Source: Lingula anatina
Lineage: Eukaryota > Animalia > Brachiopoda
NCBI GenBank assembly: GCA_051362555.1
Contig: CM120640.1
Location: forward strand, 32,073,967-32,137,966
Reading direction: 5' to 3'
Length of the DNA: 64,000 bases
Part shown: one piece after another, positions 9,601-24,600 of the stretch
Position numbering within the stretch: position 1 is the stretch's first letter
Layout of the letters: every line of letters starts with the position of its first letter
Made by a program: the position numbers and the translations under genes
The notes under the pieces: model-generated
Told to the model about the DNA's origin: nothing
The model's database searches: none
The model's input: the letters and a program-made list of their open reading frames with translations, nothing else

Positions 9601-12600
9601 AATTCCTATTTCTTTTACAGGACATAGAAGATGATGAATGCCTACCAGCCTACCAGCCTACCATCAAGCATTGACTACTCTTTGGATCATGAATTTAAGG
9701 TTAGTAAATTTCATTTTTTTGGAGGGGATAGGTAAATTGAATAAAAATCTAATCTAGTTTTATTTCTTTTTACAGAACATAGAAGACTATGAGCGACTCT
9801 ACCCTGACATAGAATTCACACATCGATAGAAGTTAAGGTTGGTAAACTTATTATTTGGGGAAGGGGGTCATGTGGGGAGAGGTAAATTAAAAAGATCTAA
9901 CCTCATTCCTATTTATTTTACAGGACATAGAAGATGATGAATGCATAGAAGACGATGAGCGACTCTACCCAGACACAGACCTCACACATCGATAGAAGTT
10001 AAGGTAAGTAAACTTTTTATTTGGGGGAGGGGGGGGGGGAGGATGGGGGAGAGGTAAATTAAAAAGATCTAACCTCATTCCTATTTCTTTTACAGGACAT
10101 AGAAGATGATGAATGCCTACCAGCCTACCAGCCTACCATCAAGCATTGAGTACTCTTTGGATCAAGAATTTAAGGTTAGTAAATTTCATTTTTTGGAGGG
10201 GATAGGTAAATTGAATTAAAATCTAATCTAGTTTTATTTCCTTTACAGAACACAGAAGACGATGAAAGACTCTACCCAGACACAGACTTCACACATCGAT
10301 AGAAGTTAAGGTTAGTAAACTTATTATTTGGGGGAGGGGGGGATGTGGGGAGAGGTAAATTAAAAAGTTCTAACCTCATTCCTATTGCTTTTACAGGACA
10401 TAGAAGATGATAAATGCATAGAAGACGATGAGCGACTCTACCCTGACATAGACTTCACACATCGATAGAAGTTAAGGTTAGTAAACTTTTTATTTGGGGG
10501 AGGGGGGGGGAGGATGGCGGGAGAGGTAAATTAAAAAGATCTAACCTCATTCCTATTTCTTTTACAGGACATAGAAGATGATGAATGCCTACCAGCCTAC
10601 CAGCCTACCATCAAGCATTGACTACTCTTTGGATCAAGAATTTAAGGTTAGTAAATTTCATTTTTTGGAGGGGATAGGTAAATTGAATTAAAATCTAATC
10701 TAGTTTTATTTCCTTTACAGAACACAGAAGACGATGAAAGACTCTACCCAGACACAGACTTCACACATCGATAGAAGTTAAGGTTAGTAAACATATTATT
10801 TGGGGGAGGGGGGGGGATGTGGGGAGAGGTAAATTAAAAAGTTCTAACCTCATTCCTATTTCTTTTACAGGACATAGAAGATGATGAATGCATAGAAGAC
10901 GATGAGCGACTCTACCCAGACACAGACTTCACACATCGATAGAAGTTAAGGTTAGTAAACTTTTTATTTGGGGGAGGGGGGGGGGGATGGGGGAGAGGTA
11001 AATTAAAAAGATCTAACCTCATTCCTGTTTCTTTTACAGGACATAGAAGATGATGCATGCATAGAAGACGATGAGCGACTCTACCCAGACACAGACTTCA
11101 CACGTCGATAGAAGTTAAGGTTAGTAAACTTTTTATTTGGGGGAGGGGGGGGGGGAGGATACGGGAGAGGTAAATTAAAAAGATCTAACCTCATTCCTGT
11201 TTCTTTTACAGGACATAGAAGATGATGTATGCATAGAAGACGATGAGCGACTCTACCCAGACACAGACTTCACACATCGATAGAAGTTAAGGTTAGTAAA
11301 CTTATTATTTGGGGGAGGGGGGGGGAGGATGGGGGAGAGGTAAATTAAAAAGTTCTAACCTCATTCCTATTTCTTTTACAGGACATAGAAGATGATGAAT
11401 GCATAGAAGACGATGAGCGACTCTACCCAGACACAGACTTCACACATCGATAGAAGTTAAGGTTAGTAAACTTTTTATTTGGGGGAGGGGGGGGAGGATA
11501 TGGGAGAGGTAAATTAAAAAGATCTAACCTCATTCCTATTTCTTTTACAGGACATAGAAGATGATGAATGCATAGAAGACGATGAGCGACTCTACCCTGA
11601 CATAGACTTCACACATCGATAGAAGTTAAGGTTAGTAAACTTTTTATTTGGGGGAGGGGAGGGGGGGTAGGATGGCGGGAGAGGTAAATTAAAAAGATCT
11701 AACCTCATTCCTATTTCTTTTACAGGACATAGAAGATGATGAATGCCCACCAGCCTACCAGCCTACCATCAAGCATTGACTACTCTTTGGATCAAGAATT
11801 TAAGGTTAGTAAATTTCATTTTTTGGAGGGGATAGGTAAATTGAATTAAAATCTAATCTAGTTTTATTTCATTTACAGAACACAGAAGACGATGAAAGAC
11901 TCTACCCAGACATAGACTTCACACATCGATAGAAGTTAAGGTTAGTAAACTTTTTATTTGGGGGAGGGGGGGGGGAGGATGGGGGAGAAGTAAATTAAAA
12001 AGATCTAACCTCATTCCTATTTCTTTTACAGGACATAGAAGATGATGAATGCATAGAAGACGATGAGCGACTCTACCCAGACACAGACTTCACACATCGA
12101 TAGAAGTTAAGGTTAGTAAACTTTTTATTTAGGGGAGGGGGGGGGAGGATATGGGAGAGGTAAATTAAAAAGATCTAACCTCATTCCTATTTCTTTTACA
12201 GGACATAGAAGATGATGAATGCATAGAAGACGATGAGCGACTCTACCCAGACACAGACTTCACACATCGATAGAAGTTAAGGTTAGTAAACTTTTTATTT
12301 GGGGGAGGGGGGGGGGAGGATGGGGGAGAAGTAAATTAAAAAGACCTAACCTCATTCCTGTTTCTTTTACAGGACATAGAAGATGATGTATGCATAGAAG
12401 ACGATGAGCGACTCTACCCAGACACAGACTTCACACATCGATAGAAGTTAAGGTTAGTAAACTTTTTTATTTGGGGGAGGGGGGGGAGGATGGGGGAGAG
12501 GTAAATTAAAAAGTTCTAACCTCATTCCTATTTCTTTTACAGGACATAGAAGATGATGTATGCATAGAAGACGATGAGCGACTCTACCCAGACACAGACT

Positions 12601-15600
12601 TCACACATCGATAGAAGTTAAGGTTAGTAAACTTTTTATTTGGGGGAGGGGGGGGGAGGATGGGGGAGAAGTAAATTAAAAAGATCTAACCTCATTCCTA
12701 TTACTTTTACATGACATAGAAGATGATGAATGCATAGAAGACGATGAGCGACTCTACCCAGACACAGACTTCACACATCGATAGAAGTTAAGGTTAGTAA
12801 ACTTTTTATTTGGGGGAGGGGGGGGGGGAGGATGGGGGAAAGGTAAATTAAAAAGTTCTAACCTCATTCCTATTTCTTTTACAGGACATAGAAGATGATG
12901 AATGCATAGAAGACGATGAGCGACTCTACCCAGACACAGACTTCACACATCGATAGAAGTTAAGGTTAGTAAACTTTTTATTTGGGGGAGGGGGGGGGGA
13001 GGATGGGGGAGAAGTAAATTAAAAAGACCTAACCTCATTCCTATTACTTTTACAGGACATAGAAGATGATGAATGTATAGAAGACGATGAGCGACTCTAC
13101 CCAGACACAGACTTCATACATCGATAGAAGTTAAGGTTAGTAAACTTTTTATTTGGGGGAGGGGGGGGGGGAGGATATGGGAGAGGTAAATTAAAAAGAT
13201 CTAACCTCATTCCTGTTTCTTTTACAGGACATAGAAGATGATGTATGCATAGAACACGATGAGCGACTCTACCCAGACACAGACTTCACACATCGATAGA
13301 AGTTAAGGTTAGTAAACTTTTTATTTGGGGGAGGGGGGGGGAGGATGGGGGAGAGGTAAATTAAAAAGTTCTAACCTCATTCTTATTTCTTTTACAGGAC
13401 ATAGAAGATGATGAATGCATAGAAGACGATGAGCGACTCTACCCAGACACAGACTTCACACATCGATAGAAGTTAAGGTTAGTGACCTTTTTATTTGGGG
13501 GAGGGGGGGAGGATATGGGAGAGGTAAATTAAAAAGATCTAACCTCATTCCTATTTCTTTTACAGGACATAGAAGATGATGAATGCATAGAAGACGATGA
13601 GCGACTCTACCCTGACATAGACTTCACACATCGATAGAAGTTAAGGTTAGTTAACTTTTTATTTGGGGGAGGGGGGGGGGGGTAGGATGGCGGGAGAGGT
13701 AAATTAAAAAGATCTAACCTCATTCCTATTTCTTTTACAGGACATAGAAGATGATGAATGCCTACCAGCCTACCAGCCTACCATCAAGCATTGACTACTC
13801 TTTGGATCAAGAATTTAAGGTTAGTAAATTTCATTTTTTGGAGGTGATAGGTAAATTGAATTAAAATCTAATCTAGTTTTATTTCCTTTACAGAACACAG
13901 AAGACGATGAAAGACTCTACCCAGACATAGACTTCACACATCGATAGAAGTTGAGGTTAGTAAACTTTTTATTTGGGGGAGGGGGGGGGGGAGGATATGG
14001 GAGAGGTAAATTAAAAAGATCTAACCTCATTCCTATTTCTTTTACAGGACATAGAAGATGATGAATGCATAGAAGACGATGAGCGACTCTACCCAGACAC
14101 AGACTTCACACATCGATAGAAGTTAAGGTTAGTAAACTTTTTATTTGGGGGAGGGGGGGGGGAGGATGGGGGAGAAGTAAATTAAAAAGACCTAACCTCA
14201 TTCCTATTACTTTTACAGGACATAGAAGATGATGAATGTATAGAAGACGATGAGCGACTCTACCCAGACACAGACTTCATACATCGATAGAAGTTAAGGT
14301 TAGTAAACTTTTTATTTGGGGGAGGGGGGGGGAGGATATGGGAGAGGTAAATTAAAAAGATCTAACCTCATTCCTGTTTCTTTTACAGGACATAGAAGAT
14401 GATGTATGCATAGAAGACGATGAGCGACTCTACCCAGACACAGACTTCACACATCGATAGAAGTTAAGGTTAGTAAACTTTTTATTTGGGGGAGGGGGGG
14501 GAGGATATGGGAGAGGTAAATTAAAAAGATCTAACCTCATTCCTATTTCTTTTACAGGACATAGAAGATGATGAATGCATAGAAGACGATGAGCGACTCT
14601 ACCCAGACACAGACTTCACACATCGATAGAAGTTAAGGTTAGTTAACTTTTTATTTGGGGGAGGGGGGGGTAGGATGGCGGGAGAGGTAAATTAAAAAGA
14701 TCTAACCTCATTCCTATTTCTTTTACAGGACATAGAAGATGATGAATGCCTACCAGCCTACCAGCCTACCATCAAGCATTGACTACTCTTTGGATCAAGA
14801 ATTTAAGGTTAGTAAATTTCATTTTTTGGAGGTGATAGGTAAATTGAATTAAAATCTAATCTAGTTTTATTTCCTTTACAGAACACAGAAGACGATGAAA
14901 GACTCTACCCAGACATAGACTTCACACATCGATAGAAGTTAAGGTTAGTAAACTTTTTATTTGGGGGAGGGGGGGGGAGGATGGGGGAGAAGTAAATTAA
15001 AAAGATCTAACCTCATTCCTATTACTTTTACAGGACATAGAAGATGATGAATGCATAGAAGACGATGAGCGACTCTACCCAGACACAGACTTCACACATC
15101 GATAGAAGTTAAGGTTAGTAAACTTATTATTTGGGGGAGGGGGGGGGAAGATGGGGGAGAGGTAAATTAAAAAGATCTAACCTGATTCCTGTTTCTTTTA
15201 CATGACATAGAAGATGATGTATGCATAGAAGACGATGATTGACTCTACCCAGACACAGACTTCACACATCGATAGAAGTTAAGGTTAGTAAACTTTTTAT
15301 TTGGGGGAGGGGGGGGGGAGGATGGGGGAGAAGTAAATTAAAAAGATCTAACCTCATTCCTATTACTTTTACAGGACATAGAAGATGATGAATGCATAGA
15401 AGACGATGAGCGACTCTACCCAGACACAGACTTTACACATCGATAGAAGTTAAGGTTAGTAAACTTATTATTTGGGGGAGGGGGGGTAGGATGGCGGGAG
15501 AGGTAAATTAAAAAGATCTAACCTCATTCCTATTTCTTTTACAGGACATAGAAGATGATGAATGCCTACCAGCCTACCAGCCTACCAGCCTACCATCAAG

Positions 15601-18600
15601 CATTGACTACTCTTTGGATCAAGAATTTAAGGTTAGTAAATTTCATTTTTTGGAGGGGATAGGTAAATTAAATTAAAATCTAATCTAGTTTTATTTCCTT
15701 TACAGAACACAGAAGACGATGAAAGACTCTACCCAGACATAGACTTCACACATCGATAGAAGTTAAGGTTAGTAAACTTTTTATTTGGGGGAGGGGGGGG
15801 GAGGATGGGGGAGAAGTAAATTAAAAAGATCTAACCTCATTCCTATTTCTTTTACAGGACATAGAAGATGATGAATGCATAGAAGACGATGAGCGACCCT
15901 ACCCAGACACAGACTTCACACATCGATAGAAGTTAAGGTTAGTAAACTTTTTATTTGGGGGAGGGGGGGAGGATATGGGAGAGGTAAATTAAAAAGATCT
16001 AACCTCATTCCTATTTCTTTTACAGGACATAGAAGATGATGAATGCATAGAAGACGATGAGCGACTCTACCCTGACATAGACTTCACACATCGATAGAAG
16101 TTAAGGTTAGTTAACTTTTTATTTGGGGGAGGGGGGGGGGGTAGGATGGCGGGAGAGGTAAATTAAAAAGATCTAACCTCATTCCTATTTCTTTTACAGG
16201 ACATAGAAGATGATGAATGCCTACCAGCCTACCAGCCTACCATCAAGCATTGACTACTCTTTGGATCAAGAATTTAAGGTTAGTAAATTTCACTTTTTGG
16301 AGGGGATAGGTAAATTGAATTAAAATCTAATCTAGTTTTATTTCCTTTACAGAACACAGAAGACGATGAAAGACTCTACCCAGACATAGACTTCACACAT
16401 CGATAGAAGTTAAGGTTAGTAAACTTTTTATTTGGGGGAGGGGGGGGGGGAGGATGGGGGAGAAGTAAATTAAAAAGACCTAACCTCATTCCTATTACTT
16501 TTACAGGACATAGAAGATGATGAATGCATAGAAGACGATGAGCGACTCTACCCAGACACAGACTTCACACATCGATAGAAGTTAAGGTTAATAAACTTAT
16601 TATTTGGGGGAGGGGGGGGGGAGGATGGGGGAGAGGTAAATTAAAAAGATCTAACCTGATTCCTGTTTCTTTTACAGGACATAGAAGATGATGTATGCAT
16701 AGAAGACGATGAGCGACTCTACCCAGACATAGACTTCACACATCGATAGAAGTTAAGGTTAGTAAACTTTTTATTTGGGGGAGGGGGGGGAGGATGGGGG
16801 AGAAGTAAATTAAAAAGATCTAACCTCATTCCTATTACTTTTACAGGACATAGAAGATGATGAATGCATAGAAGACGATGAGCGACTCTACCCAGACACA
16901 GACTTCACACATCGATAGAAGTTAAGGTTAGTAAACTTATTATTTGGGGGAGGGGGGGGGGAGGATGGGGGAGAGGTAAATTAAAAAGATCTAACCTGAT
17001 TCCTGTTTCTTTTACAGGACATAGAAGATGATGTATGCATAGAAGACGATGAGCGACTCTACCCAGACACAGACTTCACACATCGATAGAAGTTAAGGTT
17101 AGTAAAATTTTTATTTGGGGGAGGGGGTGGGAGGATGGGGTAGAGGTAAATTAAAAAGTTCTAACCTCATTCCTATTTCTTTTACAGGACATAGAAGATG
17201 ATGAATGCATAGAAGACGATGAGCGACCCTACCCAGACACAGACTTCACACATCGATAGAAGTTAAGGTTAGTAAACTTTTTATTTGGGGGAGGGGGGGA
17301 GGATATGGGAGAGGTAAATTAAAAAGATCTAACCTCATTCCTATTTCTTTTACAGGACATAGAAGATGATGAATGCATAGAAGACGATGAGCGACTCTAC
17401 CCTGACATAGACTTCACACATCGATAGAAGTTAAGGTTAGTTAACTTTTTATTTGGGGGAGGGGGGGGGGTAGGATGGCGGGAGAGGTAAATTAAAAAGA
17501 TCTAACCTCATTCCTATTTCTTTTACAGGACATAGAAGATGATGAATGCCTACCAGCCTACCAGCCTACCATCAAGCATTGACTACTCTTTGGATCAAGA
17601 ATTTAAGGTTAGTAAATTTCATTTTTTGGAGGGGATAGGTAAATTGAATTAAAATCTAATCTAGTTTTATTTCCTTTACAGAACACAGAAGACGATGAAA
17701 GACTCTACCCAGACATAGACTTCACACATCGATAGAAGTTAAGGTTAGTAAACTTTTTATTTGGGGGAGGGGGGGGGGAGGATGGGGGAGAAGTAAATTA
17801 AAAAGATCGAACCTCATTCCTATTACTTTTACAGGACATAGAAGATGATGAATGCATAGAAGACGATGAGCGGCTCTACCCAGACACAGACTTCACACAT
17901 CGATAGAAGTTAAGGTTAGTAAACTTATTATTTGGGGGAGGGAGGGGGAGGATGGGGGAGAGGTAAATTAAAAAGATCTAACCTGATTCCTGTTTCTTTT
18001 ACAGGACATAGAAGATGATGTATGCATAGAAGACGATGAGCGACTCTACCCAGACACAGACTTCACACATCGTTAGAAGTTAAGGTTAGTAAACTTTTTA
18101 TTTGGGGGAGGGGGGGGGGGGGAGGATGGGGGAGAAGTAAATTAAAAAGATCTAACCTCATTCCTATTACTTTTACAGGACATAGAAGATGATGAATGCA
18201 TAGAAGACGATGAGCGACTCTACCCAGACACAGACTTTACACATCGATAGAAGTTAAGGTTAGTAAACTTATTATTTGGGGGAGGGGGGGGGGAGGATGG
18301 GGGAGAGGTAAATTAAAAAGATCTAACCTCATTCCTGTTTCTTTTACAGGACATAGAAGATGATGTATGTATAGAAGACGATGAGCGACTCTACCCAGAC
18401 ACAGACTTCACACATCGATAGAAGTTAAGGTTAGTAAACTTTTTATTTGGGGGAGGGGGGGGGGGAGGATGGGGGAGAGGTAAATTAAAAAGTTCTAACC
18501 TCATTCCTATTTCTTTTACAGGACATAGAAGATGATGAATGCATAGAAGACGATGAGCGACTCTACCCAGACACAGACTTCACACATCGATAGAAGTTAA

Positions 18601-21600
18601 GGTTAGTAAACTTTTTATTTGGGGGAGGGGGGGGGAGGATATGGGAGAGGTAAATTTAAAAGATCTAACCTCATTCCTGTTTCTTTTACAGGACATAGAA
18701 GATGATGAATGCCTACAAGCCTACCAGCCTACCATCAAGCATTGACTACTCTTTGGATCAAGAATTTAAGGTTAGTAAATTTCATTTTTTGGAGGGGATA
18801 GGTAAATTGAATTAAAATCTAATCTAGTTTTATTTCCTTTACAGAACACAGAAGACGATGAAAGACTCTACCCAGACATAGACTTCACACATCGATAGAA
18901 GTTAAGGTTAGTAAACTTTTTATTTGGGGGAGGGGGGGGGGAGGATGGGGGAGAAGTAAATTAAAAAGATCTAACCTCATTCTTATTACTTTTACAGGAC
19001 ATAGAAGATGATGAATGCATAGAAGACGATGAGCGACTCTACCCAGACATAGACTTCACACATCGATAGAAGTTAAGGTTAGTAAACTTATTATTTTGGG
19101 GGAGGGGGGGGGGGGAGGATGGGGGAGAGGTAAATTAAAAAGATCTAACCTGATTCCTGTTTCTTTTACAGGACATAGAAGATGATGTATGCATAGAAGA
19201 CGATGAGCGACTCTACCCAGACACAGACTTCACACATCGATAGAAGTTAAGGTTAGTAAACTTTTTATTTTGGGGGTGGGGGTGGGAGGATGGGGTAGAG
19301 GTAAATTAAAAAGTTCTAACCTTATTCCTATTTCTTTTACAGGACATAGAAGATGATGAATGCATAGAAGACGATGAGCGACTCTACCCTGACATAGACT
19401 TCACACATCGATAGAAGTTAAGGTTAGTTAACTTTTTATTTGGGGGAGGGGGGGGGTAGTATGGCGGGAGAGGTAAATTAAAAAGATCTAACCTCATTCC
19501 TATTTCTTTTACAGGACATAGAAGATGATGAATGCCTACCAGCCTACCAGCCTACCATCAAGCATTGACTACTCTTTGGATCAAGAATTTAAGGTTAGTA
19601 AATTTCATTTTTTGGAGGGGATAGGTAAATTGAATTAAAATCTTATATAGTTTTATTTCCTTTACAGAACACAGAAGACGATGAAAGACTCTACCCAGAC
19701 ATAGACTTCACACATCGATAGAAGTTAAGGTTAGTAAACTTTTTATTTGGGGGAGGGGGGGGGGAGGATGGGGGAGAAGTAAATTAAAAAGATCTAACCT
19801 CATTCCTATTACTTTTACAGGACATAGAAGATGATGAATGCATAGAAGACGATGAGCGACTCTACCCAGACATAGACTTCACACATCGATAGAAGTTAAG
19901 GTTAGTAAACTTTTTATTTGGGGGAGGGGGGGGGAGGATGGGGGAGAAGTAAATTAAAAAGATCTAACCTCATTCCTATTACTTTTACAGGACATAGAAG
20001 ATGATGAATGCATAGAAGACGATGAGCGACTCTACCCAGACACAGACTTCACACATCGATAGAAGTTAAGGTTAGTAAACTTATTATTTGGGGGAGGGGG
20101 GGGGGGAGGATGGGGGAGAGGTAAATTAAAAAGATCTAACCTGATTCCTGTTTCTTTTACAGGACATAGAAGATGATGTATGCATAGAAGACGATGAGCG
20201 ACTCTACCCAGACACAGACTTCACACATCGATAGAAGTTAAGGTTAGTAAAATTTTTATTTGGGGGAGGGGGTGGGAGGATGGGGTAGAGGTAAATTAAA
20301 AAGTTCTAACCTCATTCCTATTTCTTTTACAGGACATAGAAGATGATGAATGCATAGAAGACGATGAGCGACCCTACCCAGACACAGACTTCACACATCG
20401 ATAGAAGTTAAGGTTAGTAAACTTTTTATTTGGGGGAGGGGGGGAGGATATGGGAGAGGTAAATTAAAAAGATCTAACCTCATTCCTATTTCTTTTACAG
20501 GACATAGAAGATGATGAATGCATAGAAGACGATGAGCGACTCTACCCTGACATAGACTTCACACATCGATAGAAGTTAAGGTTAGTTAACTTTTTATTTG
20601 GGGGAGGGGGGGGGGGGTAGGATGGCGGGAGAGGTAAATTAAAAAGATCTAACCTCATTCCTATTTCTTTTACAGGACATAGAAGATGATGAATGCCTAC
20701 CAGCCTACCAGCCTACCATCAAGCATTGACTACTCTTTGGATCAAGAATTTAAGGTTAGTAAATTTCACTTTTTGGAGGGGATAGGTAAATTGAATTAAA
20801 ATCTAATCTAGTTTTATTTCCTTTACAGAACACAGAAGACGATGAAAGACTCTACCCAGACATAGACTTCACACATCGATAGAAGTTAAGGTTAGTAAAC
20901 TTTTTATTTGGGGGAGGGGGGGGGAGGATGGGGGAGAAGTAAATTAAAAAGATCTAACCTCATTCCTATTACTTTTACAGGACATAGAAGATGATGTATG
21001 CATAGAAGACGATGAGCGACTCTACCCAGACACAGACTTCACACATCGTTAGAAGTTAAGGTTAGTAAACTTTTTATTTGGGGGAGGGGGGGAGGATGGG
21101 GGAGAAGTAAATTAAAAAGATCTAACCTCATTCCTATTACTTTTACAGGACATAGAAGACGATGAATGCATAGAAGACGATGAGCGACTCTACCCAGACA
21201 CAGACTTTACACATCGATAGAAGTTAAGGTTAGTAAACTTATTATTTGGGGGAGGGGGGGGGAGGATGGGGGAGAGGTAAATTAAAAAGATCTAACCTCA
21301 TTCCTGTTTCTTTTACAGGACATAGAAGATGATGTATGTATAGAAGACGATGAGCGACTCTACCCAGACACAGACTTCACACATCGATAGAAGTTAAGGT
21401 TAGTAAACGTTTTATTTGGGGGAGGGGGGGGGAGGATGGGGGAGAGGTAAATTAAAAAGTTCTAACCTCATTCCTATTTCTTTTACAGGACATAGAAGAT
21501 GATGAATGCATAGAAGACGATGAGCGACTCTACCCAGACACAGACTTCACACATCGATAGAAGTTAAGGTTAGTAAACTTTTTATTTGGGGGAGGGGGGG

Positions 21601-24600
21601 GAGGATATGGGAGAGGTAAATTAAAAAGATCTAACCTCATTCCTATTTCTTTTACAGGACATAGAAGATGATGTATGCATAGAAGACGATGAGCGACTCT
21701 ACTCTGACATAGACTTCACACATCGATAGAAGTTAAGGTTAGTAAACTTTTTATTTGGGGGAGGGGGGGGGAGGATGGCGGGAGAGGTAAATTTAAAAGA
21801 TCTAACCTCATTCCTGTTTCTTTTACAGGACATAGAAGATGATGAATGCCTACAAGCCTACCAGCCTACCATCAAGCATTGACTACTCTTTGGATCAAGA
21901 ATTTAAGGTTAGTAAATTTCATTTTTTGGAGGGGATAGGTAAATTGAATTAAAATCTAATCTAGTTTTATTTCCTTTACAGAACACAGAAGACGATGAAA
22001 GATTCTACCCAGACATAGACTTCACACATCGATAGAAGTTAAGGTTAGTAAACTTTTTATTTGGGGGAGGGGGGGGGGAGGATGGGGGAGAAGTAAATTA
22101 AAAAGATCTAACCTCATTCTTATTACTTTTACAGGACATAGAAGATGATGAATGCATAGAAGACGATGAGCGACTCTACCCAGACATAGACTTCACACAT
22201 CGATAGAAGTTAAGGTTAGTAAACTTTTTATTTGGGGGAGGGGGGGGGGAGGATGGGGGAGAGGTAAATTAAAAAGATCTAACCTGATTCCTGTTTCTTT
22301 TACAGGACATAGAAGATGATGTATGCATAGAAGACGATGAGCGACTCTACCCAGACACAGACTTCACACATCGATAGAAGTTAAAGTTAGTAAACTTTTT
22401 ATTTGGGGGAGGGGGGGGGGAGGATGGGGGAGAGGTAAATTAAAAAGTTCTAACCTCATTCCTATTTCTTTTACAGGACATAGAAGATGATGAGTGCATA
22501 GAAGACGATGAGCGACTCTACCCTGACACAGACTTCACACATCGATAGAAGTTAAGGTTAGTAAACTTTTTATTTGGGGGAGGGGGGGGGGAGGATATGG
22601 GAGAGGTAAATTAAAAAGATCTAACCTACTTCCTATTTCTTTTACAGGGCATAGAAGATGATGAATGCATAGAAGACGATGAGCGACTCTACCCTGACAT
22701 AGACTTCACACATCGATAGAAGTTAAGGTTAGTAAACTTTTTATTTGGGGGAGGGGGGGGGTAGGATGGGGGAGAGGTAAATTAAAAAGATCTAACCTCA
22801 TTCCTATTACTTTTACAGGACATAGAAGATGATGAATGCATAGAAGACGATGAGCGACTCTACCCAGACACAGACTTCACACATCGATAGAAGTTAAGGT
22901 TAGTAAACTTATTATTTGGGAGAGGGGGGGGGGAGGATGGGGGAGAGGTAAATTAAAAAGATCTAACCTCATTCCTGTTTCTTTTACAGGACATAGAAGA
23001 TGATGTATGCATAGAAGACGATGAGCGACTCTACCCAGACACAGACTTCACACATCGATAGAAGTTAAGGTTAGTAAACTTTTTATTTGCGGGAGGGGGG
23101 GGGGAGGATATGGGAGAGGTAAATTAAAAAGATCTAACCTCATTCCTGTTTCTTTTACAGGACATAGAAGATGATGTATGCATAGAAGACGATGAGCGAC
23201 TCTACCCAGACACAGACTTCACACATCGATAGAAGTTAAGGTTAGTAAACTTTTTATTTGGGGGAGGGGGGGAGGATGGGGGAGAAGTAAATTAAAAAGA
23301 TCTAACCTCATTCCTATTACTTTTACAGGACATAGAAGATGATGTATGCATAGAAGACGATGAGCGACTCTACCCAGACACAGACTTCACACATCGATAG
23401 AAGTTAAGGTTAGTAAACTTTTTATTTGGGGGAGAGGGGGGGGGAGGATGGCGGGAGAGGTAAATTAAAAAGATCTAACCTCATTCCTATTTCTTTTACA
23501 GGACATAGAAGATGATGAATGCCTACCAGCCTACCAGCCTACCATCAAGCATTGACTACTCTTTGGATCAAGAATTTAAGGTTAGTAAATTTCATTTTTT
23601 GGAGGGGATAGGTAAATTGAATTAAAATCTAATCTAGTTTTATTTCCTTTACAGAACACAGAAGACGATGAAAGACTCTACCCAGACATAGACTTCACAC
23701 ATCGATAGAAGTTAAGGTTAGTAAACTTTTTATTTGGGGGAGGGGGGGGGGGAGGATGGGGGAGAAGTAAATTAAAAAGATCTAACCTCATTCCTATTAC
23801 TTTTACAGGACATAGAAGATGATGAATGCATAGAAGACGATGAGCGACTCTACCCAGACACAGACTTCACACATCGATAGAAGTTAAGGTTAGTAAACTT
23901 ATTATTTTGGGGAGGGGGGGGGAGGATGGGGGAGAGGTAAATTAAAAAGATCTAACCTGATTCCTGTTTCTTTTACAGGACATAGAAGATGATGTATGCA
24001 TAGAAGACGATGAGCGACTCTACCCAGACACAGACTTCACACATCGATAGAAGTTAAGGTTAGTAAACTTTTTATTTGGGGGAGGGGGGGGGAGGATGGG
24101 GGAGAAGTAAATTAAAAAGATCTAACCTCATTCCTATTACTTTTACAGGACATAGAAGATGATGAATGCATAGAAGACGATGAGCGACTCTACCCAGACA
24201 CAGACTTTACACATCGATAGAAGTTAAGGTTAGTAAACTTATTATTTGGGGGAGGGGGGGTAGGATGGGGGAGAGGTAAATTAAAAAGATCTAACCTCAT
24301 TCCTGTTTCTTTTACAGGACATAGAAGATGATGTATGCATAGAAGACGATGAGCGACTCTACCCAGACACAGACTTCACACATCGATAGAAGTTAAGGTT
24401 AGTAAACTTTTTATTTGGGGGAGGGGGGGGGAGGATGGGGGAGAGGTAAATTAAAAAGTTCTAACCTTATTCCTATTTCTTTTACAGGACATAGAAGATG
24501 ATGAATGCATAGAAGACGATGAGCGACTCTATCCAGACACAGACTTCACACATCGATAGAAGTTAAGGTTAGTAAACTTTTTATTTGGGGGAGGGGGGGG

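Larger units (their letters stand above)
1..12000 (+). repeat. Higher-order tandem duplication, ~6.6 kb period (about 1-6595 and 6596-12000)
   Basis: Rare variants recur at offset ~6591-6594: TAGACGTT (681/7275), GCATAAAAGA (1141/7734), GATTATGAAT (2251/8842). The offset drops to ~5640 after a ~950-bp internal duplication found only in the first copy (CACGTC 5461/11101). Confidence 0.85.
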
